Assembly: GCA_950097015.1 (NCBI GenBank)
Contig: CATNEN010000038.1
Location: forward strand, 744,001 to 808,000
DNA from: Macrostomum hystrix
Taxonomy: Eukaryota > Animalia > Platyhelminthes
DNA length: 64,000 bases
Direction of reading: 5' to 3'
Both the position numbers and the translations under genes were made by a program. Below are positions 45,210 through 55,040 of the stretch, piece by piece; positions within the stretch are counted from its first letter, which is position 1, and each line of letters begins with the position of its first letter. The notes below the pieces were generated by a model that was not told the DNA's origin, made no database searches, and worked only from the letters and a program-made list of their open reading frames with translations.

Positions 45210-45881
45210 ATGGAGCATGCTTGGATGGTAAATTTGCAAGGAGATCAACAGAAGGCGCAACTTTATAGTCTGCTCAATGTTGCAATCGAAGCAATCGAAA
45301 GTCCTGCGAAGAAAGAGCAGCTAATAAAAGGATTTATAGAATTCTTTAACTTAGATCGGGATTATTTTAAACGCCGAATTCTTCAATTAACCGAGGGTGA
45401 AAATCTGGAATCGGGCGACTACGAAAGGCAACTTCAAGCCTTGCGTCAGATAAAGCGGGAGGAGACTTTCGCCAAGCTGCTAGCCGATTCCCGTTTGAGT
45501 AATAGTAGTGCTCTAATTCAACCACCTGATGAAAGTGACACCTCAATCGTCAAGCACATTAAGTATCACCTCCATCAGATGAAAAAGTCACAACGAAATG
45601 GTCTGCGTGCTGCAATAAGCATAGGAAAGTTTCTTGTGGACTTTAAGGCGCAGGAGACTCGGCGATATTTCAAGATGATAGTAAAGGAGCACTATAACTA
45701 TCTCCTTGAAAAGGTCCAAATAAAGCGGGCAGCCGCCTCGCTTTATGTGACCCTATTCAAACTTTCGATTGTATACCCAGGACTTCAGCAAGTTTCGCTG
45801 CCGATTCGTGAACTTGACGGCAAGCTGAAGCTTCTACAGACAGTTTTAGAGAAAGATTCATCCTGGAAAACTCTTCTTTGA
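45210..45881 (+). CDS. Accessory hypothetical protein (223 aa, helical)
   Basis: Intact ORF inside the element; candidate 5'-UTR intron 45124-45207. Confidence 0.7.
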   Translation: MEHAWMVNLQGDQQKAQLYSLLNVAIEAIESPAKKEQLIKGFIEFFNLDRDYFKRRILQLTEGENLESGDYERQLQALRQIKREETFAKLLADSRLSNSSALIQPPDESDTSIVKHIKYHLHQMKKSQRNGLRAAISIGKFLVDFKAQETRRYFKMIVKEHYNYLLEKVQIKRAAASLYVTLFKLSIVYPGLQQVSLPIRELDGKLKLLQTVLEKDSSWKTLL

Positions 45882-45883
45882 TC

Positions 45884-46228
45884 TTTTGTCTAACGCGTTA
45901 GATTTTTTCTGCATATGTCTTCAATATAGTTACTCGCATGCTAAAGCGTTTATGTATGTCTGTTTTGTCTAACGCGTTAGATTTTTCTGCATATGTCTTC
46001 AATATAGTTACTCGCATGCTAAAGCGTTGTGTATGGCTGTTTTGTCTAACGCGTTAGATTTTTTCTGCATATGTCTTCAATATAGTTACTCGCATGCTAA
46101 AGCGTTGTGTATGGCTGTTTTGTCTAACGCGTTAGATATTTCTGCATATGTCTTCAATATAGTTACTCGCATGCTAAAGCGTTGTGTATGGCTGTTTTGT
46201 CTAACGCGTTAGATTTTTCTGCATATGT
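45884..46228. repeat. ~78-bp tandem array (~4.4 units) with palindrome TCTAACGCGTTAGA
   Basis: Perfect 14-bp palindromes start at 45889, 45968, 46045, 46123 and 46200. Confidence 0.93.
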
Positions 46229-46318
46229 ATGTATAGTCTGAAACGCTCGAAAAAAATTTTATGCAAGCCGTCTGTTCTTAGCACCCAATATCGCAGACAT
46301 TGTAAAGGGTTTGAATAT

Positions 46319-47045
46319 GAGTTTGTATTGACGTTGATCATTGAGAGAATGTAAGCTGCCTAATGATTTCTGCAAAGTTATAGTAGCTGTCATAGTCCTT
46401 TATGGTTACTCCATACTTATGAAACCAGTGTCTTTGGAGAGCTTGATTAATATTAGGGACGTTGATATCCACGCCGGGCCAATATTTTCTCATGTACTCG
46501 CTGCATTCTTGTTTGCATTGGTACTTACTCTTGTAATTAGGCTCATGCCTTTTGTAATAAGATCCTGGAGAGACGATTGGGAGCATTTTTAATAAGAATT
46601 TAATTTTTTTTCGTAGGATGAGCACCCTAGGTTTGGGATCTTGAGTTTTGGGATTGTGATTTTAGTGCTAATTTGATTGTCTTGGCACGCTTTTTGCAGC
46701 TTCGCTATTTTGTGCATGATCTCTTAGGGAGTGGCTGCGATAATTTGTTTTGTCCAAGTTCACAAACTGTAGAGACAGAATTTTTTGGCGGGGAACCTTG
46801 TTCCTTCAGGAAAGGTAATGGTTTGTGCATTAAGGAGGCTGCGATAATTTTTGTCCTAGATATTCAACTCACAAACTGATGTGGAATATTAAAAGTAGAG
46901 AATTTAGAATATGGAGACGGAGTTTTTTAGAGAGAGGCGGGGACCCTTTTTTTCCTGATCTCTTCGGGAATAATAAAAGTAATGGTTTGTGGATAATGGA
47001 GGCTGCGATTATTTTTGTCCTAGAAGCCCCCTCTTGCATACTACT
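46319..47045 (-). repeat. Right TIR (~727 bp)
   Basis: Reverse complement of 31872-32601. Confidence 0.95.
46338..46586 (-). CDS. TIR-encoded 82-aa hypothetical protein (right copy)
   Basis: MLPIVSPGSYYKRHEPNYKSKYQCKQEC...; six residues differ from the left copy. Confidence 0.6.
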   Translation of the reverse strand: MLPIVSPGSYYKRHEPNYKSKYQCKQECSEYMRKYWPGVDINVPNINQALQRHWFHKYGVTIKDYDSYYNFAEIIRQLTFSQ

Positions 47046-49502
47046 CCCAGGCGAGGCAGGAAAGCGATTTTTCAATTTCCTCATAGTCTATGGTGAAAGT
47101 GCAAAAAAATACTTTTTGGTACTGTATTTTTGGGTTACATTTTCCAGCGCAGCTCCCCAAGGGCTGAATCGATCGTCACGCGGGTGGTGTCGTTTTTTCT
47201 ACTCGGTGAGTTCTTTCCAGCGAGGTATGAGTCAACGGACTGCGAGTGTACCGCGCGCCTGATATCTGATGAATTTTACACTTGCGTGCTGCACGATACT
47301 GCAGCTGAATGGCAGGTAGTTGCACTGCGCAAGTGGTGTCAAAAATTCGGCACGGATGCCTGCTACACGACGCTATGCAAGGCGACTCTATGCGATGCAC
47401 GGTTATCAAGCAGTACTTGGAAATGCAGTGCAAAACGTGCATTTTTGCTGTTTTCTCGAAAATGCATGCCGACCTTGGTGGAGTCAAAATTTTTTTTCGA
47501 AGACAAACAGTAGGACAGCTTAGCCGCAAGCAAATGTGCACAAGATTAGGGCACATGACATACTGAGTCGGCGTTGATAAAAGTACATCGCAAGTGTACT
47601 AAAAGTACATAATAGTGCACATGCACTTTAGTGAAAAATTGGTATTTTTCTCCTTTTGACGCGCGCATTTCGCGAAATTCGGCTCCGAATTTGTCGAATG
47701 GTGCGTCAATCTACTGGAAATATTGTTTTGCGTCTAACAAGATATTGCGCGCACCTTTCGGCCCTACCCGGGCTGAGAAAGTCCACCCAGACTGGGGAAA
47801 GGTCGGTTTCGGGACCGGTGCAGACCTTGCTGTGCTCAAACCTACGGCTGGAGGCGAAAAGGGCGCAATACTCCTTGAGCTTGGTATTGAAAGATGCACA
47901 TCCCATGTGGGTATATGGGAAAAATACTACACGTATTACCTGTCAGGATTATTACCTGAAAATGTAATTATGCACAGCGTGTACATTGTGCATTATATCT
48001 GCTAATTGTATCTTTGCTTATTTGATCCTGTACACATTTAATTAGGGTAATGCTCAACTACATTAAACAATTGGTCACTTTTACATTGGCAAAATATGTT
48101 CACTCAGATAAAGGACAAGTGAAAAGTGGAAAAATCCACCCATTCCATTCATTAATTCCACCCATTCCATTCTTATAATGGCAGCCTGCAACACCATGAG
48201 AGATGCATCATGCAAGCCGACTATATCTATAAAGCTATAATATAAATATATAAACATATTCTGATTTCCACATTTTTGTATCATATAAATAAAGTGTTTA
48301 ACTTTTTGCCTCAATGTTTTAAGTCTTCATAGTAATGTATGTTTCCAATTATTATTTTCCGCATCTTAATGTCTGGGAGGGCTCCTCTCTTACTTGTTAA
48401 TATTCTATCACGTGCATGGTCACAGGGCTTTTTAAACTTTAGCAATCTTAATTAGTATAACACTTTATAATATTATATTAGAGTAGTTATTTAACTCTAT
48501 GATAGCATGCAAGTGTCCGAGCGGCAAGACACTACTCTTTACTTATTAATATGAATAACTCGTATGTATATTATTTGCACTGATTATAAATTATTGACAC
48601 ACAGTCTTATTAGGCTCAGTCCCAATAAAGGGCTACCAGTGGATCGGAGGGTGTCCAATCTTACACACAATCACTCTCTTATTCGGAATTACTCCTTATT
48701 TAATCAATTTCACTTTGCAAATCTGCAATATTTGAATCCCTTCTGGGCCTTTGTGTATAATTTCGATCAAAACCTGGATATCTTAGTTCAGTACGAATTC
48801 TCGCTTATGACATACAATTTCCAGCTTGTAGCCTTTAGCTAAATAATGAAATAAGAAAACTTGATTTGCTTAAACAGCTTGTCTTACGAACTTGCGGAAG
48901 AAACGCCAGTTGGGGATCTTTCCGTCTAAAAACCGCTTGTATATATAAAGTTTCTTTCGGAGTGGCGGACATGATTTTTAACAAAAAACGTCAGATAAAC
49001 AGATATTTAATTATACGGTAACGCTACGTTTCTAAGACTTACAAAAATTTAAATGTAAAAATACGACATTAATCGCAGGCAGCTACTACAAATGTATGCT
49101 GATCAATGGCATCCATGTTACTTGTAAGTGTTGCATTTTACTTACTGCTTCTTTGACTGTTTAATGTGTTTGTCTGTGTGTTTTGTATTTTGCTGGAGCA
49201 TTGCATTTATGTTGCAACTTGCCTTTGCAACATCGTTTTTCAAAGGAAAAACGAAATTGAAACCGAAATTTTATTAGTTGAAGCTTGACTTAGAAATAGA
49301 ATACACAGGCTACAGCCCTCCATGCATTTGTCAGTGTTTGTTTGTGGGGACGAGATTTCTGTCTATTTCGGCTTGAATGTACATAAGCTGGGGCCAAGGC
49401 TTTCGCTTTCGCTTGCGGTGATGGAATGGATGGCTGTGCCACCCGATCGATAAAAATCTAGGGGGTTCTCTCAGCCTGAGTGTCTGTGGCTTGAAGGAGG
49501 GC

Positions 49503-51096
49503 TATCCCGATGAAAACGTTACCGTGACAAGAGTCGCATTTGAATCGTTTTATGTGATTCAAATGCGCGTCAAGTGATTCAAATGCGCGTCTAGTGACTC
49601 AGAAACGATTCTAGTGATTCTAAAACGATTCAAGGGTGGGTGAGTGAGTCGCACAACATTTTCGGATGGCTAGAATCGTTTCTGAAGCGTATCTGATGCG
49701 TTTCAAGTTTTTCACACAGTTTCTGCAACGTGTTAGAACGAATTCAAGTATTCTTCCTGCTGCACAGTATTTATGTCGGATTCCTACCCGACACTTGACA
49801 TTTCATTTAAATCTGCTATTGTAATTAATAAGCTCTAACTCAATTTCACCTCAGTTACAAACTATTTATCCATGCTAATTTAGACAGGCCCAACCCCAGC
49901 CGAAGTGACTTATTAAAAATACAGACTACAAAATGCTATGCATCTTCATTATCTATCCTCAACTAACCTAACTTTGAAATAGTTGTCTCAACGACAATTT
50001 TGTCTCAAAGAACCACCCCCATTTGTATTTCAGAGCCACCAAACAGCATGAAGAGGCGACCATGTTGCGATGGAGCATATTGGACCTGGGAAACTGTGTG
50101 CAATGTTTCCTTACTTCTACAGAATTCCACTGTATGCTCGTAACTATGATCAAATGTGGCGAATTGACGACTTAGTCTGACGGGCGGACTTTGAACTTGA
50201 CTCGTGACGCTGACTCTATTTTTGTGCTTGTTCTTTTTACAATGAGCTCTCAGTTGTAGGCAAAGTAAAGTATTTTTAGTGTCATAGTGCCACGTTTTTT
50301 ATGACTAGCGTTCATGCCGCAGTTCGGACGCCGTGGGGCAATTGAAACTGCTGCGACTTTAAAAAGAACAAGCACAAAAATAGAGTCAGCGTCACGAGTC
50401 AAGTTCAAAGTCCGCCCGTCAGACTAAGTCGTCAATTCGCCACATTTGATCATAGTTACGAGCATACAGTGGAATTCTGTAGAAGTAAGGAAACATTGCA
50501 CACAGTTTCCCAGGTCCAATATGCTCCATCGCAACATGGTCGCCTCTTCATGCTGTTTGGTGGCTCTGAAATACAAATGGGGGTGGTTCTTTGAGACAAA
50601 ATTGTCGTTGAGACAACTATTTCAAAGTTAGGTTAGTTGAGGATAGATAATGAAGATGCATAGCATTTTGTAGTCTGTATTTTTAATAAGTCACTTCGGC
50701 TGGGGTTGGGCCTGTCTAAATTAGCATGGATAAATAGTTTGTAACTGAGGTGAAATTGAGTTAGAGCTTATTAATTACAATAGCAGATTTAAATGAAATG
50801 TCAAGTGTCGGGTAGGAATCCGACATAAATACTGTGCAGCAGGAAGAATACTTGAATTCGTTCTAACACGTTGCAGAAACTGTGTGAAAAACTTGAAACG
50901 CATCAGATACGCTTCAGAAACGATTCTAGCCATCCGAAAATGTTGTGCGACTCACTCACCCACCCTTGAATCGTTTTAGAATCACTAGAATCGTTTCTGA
51001 GTCACTAGACGCGCATTTGAATCACTTGACGCGCATTTGAATCACATAAAACGATTCAAATGCGACTCTTGTCACGGTAACGTTTTCATCGGGATA
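49503..51096. mobile_element. Non-autonomous foldback DNA element: 737-bp inverted arms, 120-bp spacer
   Basis: 49503-50239 is the reverse complement of 50360-51096; identical mirror ORFs in the track; GGC on both flanks; absent from the homologous site at ~3830. Confidence 0.92.
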
Positions 51097-52005
51097 GGCA
51101 TAGCGGGCCAGCCCCTCCCTTTTGCTTAATGTACATGGCCCAGCTCAGGTTGTCTTATCTAAGTTCTCTCCACCTGCAGAGCAGAGAGGTCCCTTTCCTT
51201 TGCGTTGTTAAAATATATGGCTTATTGAAATGGGCGATGTATCCCTTCACCCACAGGGCCACAACCCACAAGCCCCCTCAATGTACATTGACATAGATTA
51301 AGATAAAGATTAAGAATGGTATCGTGTTAGGTAGATTTAAGAATTTTATCTAATCCCGGATCAGCAAAAGCCGGGATTTTGCGACCCCTAGCATCAAGTA
51401 GTGTGTTGGGGTTACGACCCAGCAAGTCAAAGTAAAAAAACATGCACATCTTTTCAACCTCAAAAACCCGTTTTTTGACCCTTTGACCCAGAAGATGGGT
51501 CAGCAAGAAAAAATCCATATCAAATCATTTTAGGCTTCTATAGCTCGCATCGACTGGATAGTCACTTGGCGACACCATAAACTGCCGAGAAAAGCGCCGA
51601 GAGACAAATTTTTGTCATGTCCAAAAATATCTTGTTTTTGGTTGCCATTGCAACCAAAGCGCGTTGCCATGGCAACGCTTTTAACTTCAGTACATAGACC
51701 TAAGTCTTTTACATGTTTTACAAAAAACCGCATCCAAATCGGTTCAACTGGGCAAAGGCGGCAATCGTTAGAAGTTGAAAAACGTGCTTTACTATCCCGA
51801 CACGGTGGTTACATCTTATCAAGATGAGATATCACATCCGATCCGTATCACTCATCCCAAATAGAGCTGAGCACAGATCCTATATACACGGATCCTTATA
51901 TACATCTGGCTCACTCATCCCAACTAGATAGAGCAATTAAAAAGATAGGAAAGGCTGCAGGAAATTTAGATGGTATAGCAAATGAGCACATTATCCACGG
52001 ACAGG

Positions 52006-52725
52006 AGTAGTATCTGCGGCTACTATCTGGGACAAACATTTACGCAGTCGCCATTATCCACAATCTGTTAACTATATTATTCCCAAAGAGATCAGGGAAA
52101 AGGGTGCTCGCCCCTTAGAAAATATGTCTCTATATTCTATATTCAGTTTGTGAGTTGTATTCTGTGAGTATAGAATTCTATGACAAACATTATCGCAGCC
52201 TCCATATTAACTTTATTATTCCCAGAGATCAGGAAGAAAGGTATCTGCCTCTCACAAAAGCTGTCTCTACTATTCCAGATCAGTTTGGACAAATATTTCG
52301 CAGCCTATTCCAGATGAGTCTAGCACAAAAAATCTCCATATTCCTGATAGGAGCCTCCCAGTCCAAAAAGTGAACCTGCAAAAATTGTACCAAGACAATC
52401 AAATCAGCACCCATATTTACAATCCCAAACTCAAGCTCCAAAACTAGGGTGCTCATCCTTCAAATAGTAATCTTCTCAATAACAATGTTTCCAATGGTCT
52501 CTCCAGGATCTTATTACAAAGCGCATGAGCTCAATTACAAGAATAAGTACCAATGCAAACTAGAATGCAGCGAGTAAATGAAGAAATATTTGGCCGACAA
52601 CACAATAAATGTTCGTAATATTAATCTAGCTCTCCAAAGTCACTGGTTGTATAAGTATGGAGTGGCCATAAAATATTACGACAGCTACTATATAACTTTG
52701 CAGAAATCATCAAGCAATTATAATT
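52006..52725 (+). mobile_element. Relic TIR of an older related Polinton, including a decayed TIR ORF (52485-52723)
   Basis: Starts AGTAGTAT; aligns along 31872-32570; translates MFPMVSPGSYYKAHELNYKNKYQCKLECSE*MKKY...NFAEIIKQL with a stop and a frameshift. Confidence 0.85.
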
Positions 52726-53734
52726 ATTGTTAAAACAATTCCTGGAAGATTTCGACTGATTACAGGTTAGAGTGAGAAGGGACACACCCCCCAAGTGTTC
52801 TGCACCCCACTGCTGTATATTGGAAGTTGCCTGTCCCCCTGACTTTAAGAAGGCCAGTGGTCAACAGTCCATAGGCTCCACTTCTTTCCGCTTCTGCCGC
52901 TTCTGCTGTGCTTTTCGGTCGCCAAGCAAGTTTTTCACCAATTTTACTTTTAATTTCAGTAAGTAACTAGCAAGTTTTGCCCCCCTTCGGGTAGCACTAC
53001 TGGTCAGAAAAAAAATATTGTGTAATGCAGAAGGACAAAACACACCTGAAAGCAAACAAAAGCGAAAACTTATTTCGTCAGTAATAATTTCCCTGATTGC
53101 GAATATACGTGATTGCGATTCAACGAGAATTACTCGTAGAATTCTCACTAAATACGAAAAAAGTCAGTCTGAGCTTGAATACATTCTGAGACATCCGGTC
53201 TGTACACCAAGAGCCCAATTGGGGCAAAATTACACAAGTAGCTTACGTTTGATACAACTCAGCTTAATGCTACTGAGGTACATGTATATACTATCCCCTC
53301 AGCAGTAAAAAACCAATGTCCCCCAAGCAGCAGAGAACTAATGTCCCCTCAGTAGCGAATAACCAATGTCCCCCCGGCAGTAAATAACCAATGTCCAAGC
53401 AGCAGAGAACTAATTCCCCCCAGCAGCAGAGAACCAATGTCCCCTCAGTAGCAAATAACCAATGTCCCCCCGGCAGTAAATAACCAATGTCCAAGCAGCA
53501 GAGAACAAATTCCCCCCAGCAGCAGAGAACTAATTCCCCCCAGCAGCAGAGAACACTGCGGTGTGGAATTCTATGGGAATCAGAATGCTAAGTGAGCTGG
53601 AGTGCAGCATTGCGGGAACAAACAAATGTAGAATAAATCTGGGTGAGCAACTGAAAATTAAGACATAAATTATAAATATTATGGAGAGATGTTTATCTCG
53701 ACATGCCCTATAAAGCCTGAAGGATTCATATAGT

Positions 53735-53807
53735 CTTAAGTGGTCTCGCATCTTTGTATCTGGAGGCAATTTGTCTATAACTGTGAGCGCATACTTGTAG
53801 CCTGAGC
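53735..53807 (-). pseudogene. Polinton integrase fragment
   Basis: Matches 44090-44160 (SGYKYALTVID...). Confidence 0.75.
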
Positions 53808-54530
53808 CGAGACCGGACAAGGTAATTTTGCGTCACATTAAAAGTTTACATTTAAACTAAAAAATACCATCAAATGCCAGTTTTAATGTGAATATTTTAT
53901 ATTTGTATAAAAGAAAGTCTTTGTTGTACTATCTTTTTCAAAGATTTAAACATATTGCCGAGATTTTGTTCACTACAACCGAGGGAACATTTTTATTCTA
54001 CGTCCTTTGTCCTACAAAATTTTTCAATTGCGACGAAAATATAATTTTAAACAGAGAAAGAAAACACTTTGAAATGTTTTATGGCGGATTGGAAATGTTT
54101 ATATTTCTACCGAACAGAAAGCAGCATAAAAATCCTACAACTAAAATTTACTTGAGTGGGTCTCGTGGTGTTTCAATTAATAGAGAAATAATTTAGCCAT
54201 TTGTCATGCGTTTAAGTCATTCGAGAGGCATTTTCGTACTTCGAGAGGCATTTGAGTCATTGCATTGTGTGCAAAATTTAAAGGCAGAATTTTTAAACTT
54301 AGACTGTGACCTAGCAGACGGTGACTGCGGCGAAATTTTTATACTTCTACCGAACAGAAAGTAGCATAGAAATCCTACAACTAAAATTTACTAGAGTGGG
54401 TCTCGTGGTGTTTAAATTAATAGAGAAACAATTTAGTCATTTGTCATGCGTTTAAGTCATTCGAGAGGCATTTGAGTCATTGCATTGTTTGCATAATTTA
54501 AAGGCTGAATTTTTAAACTAAGGCTGTGAC

Positions 54531-55040
54531 CTAGCAGACGGTGACTGCGGCGGCTGCCAAGCTGGCCAGGCTTACCAGGATGGCGGCGGAAACTCCGCCA
54601 GTTCTCAGGCCGTCACTAAACGGTCCGGGCGGACCGCTGTCGAAGCTGCCACCGTTGCCGGCGAACTTGCAGTCGGGCGGGGCGAATCCTGCCGGACAGT
54701 GGCAGTATCCGCGCGAGTTCACGATGCCACCGTTTTGGCAGGTGACATTGCCAGCCACAGCGGTTCGGGCACGAATCTCCGAGGCGGATTGGCAAGCTCC
54801 GGCTAGGCACATTTGCTCGCCGTTACGGTTTCCGCAACGCGCACCATCTGGCACTCGATCGGGTCCGCGCACTGCCGGACTGTAGCTGCAAATGGCATTG
54901 CCGCACGCATTTGGACCTCTCCCGGTTACACTCGAACCGCAGTTCGCCAAATATGGAATCGGGAAACCATTTTCGGCAGGCGCAAAGTTGGTGCACGTTA
55001 CCATATCACATTCCGGGATTCTTAACGGGCACCAGGAACT
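54531..55040 (-). CDS. ADAM copy B Cys-rich + EGF-like + hydrophobic tail exon
   Basis: Paralog of 16444-16953. Confidence 0.9.
   Translation of the reverse strand, partial: SSWCPLRIPECDMVTCTNFAPAENGFPIPYLANCGSSVTGRGPNACGNAICSYSPAVRGPDRVPDGARCGNRNGEQMCLAGACQSASEIRARTAVAGNVTCQNGGIVNSRGYCHCPAGFAPPDCKFAGNGGSFDSGPPGPFSDGLRTGGVSAAILVSLASLAAAAVTVC

Larger units (their letters stand above)
31872..47045. mobile_element. Full-length Polinton/Maverick (adintovirus-type endogenous virus), 15,174 bp
   Basis: 5'-AGTAGT...ACTACT-3' termini; 6-bp TSD CCCAGG (31866-31871, 47046-47051); long TIRs; hallmark genes pPolB, integrase, ATPase, protease, major and minor capsid. Confidence 0.97.

Noticed and set aside
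45884-46228. CRISPR-like look of regularly spaced palindromes
   Set aside because: Spacers are copies of each other, there are no cas genes and the context is eukaryotic.
47052-49250. Short ORFs right of the Polinton
   Set aside because: No recognisable motifs and many stops; cannot be supported as genes.
49968-50631. Two identical 61-aa ORFs on opposite strands
   Set aside because: A consequence of the inverted arms; non-ATG start and no recognisable domain.
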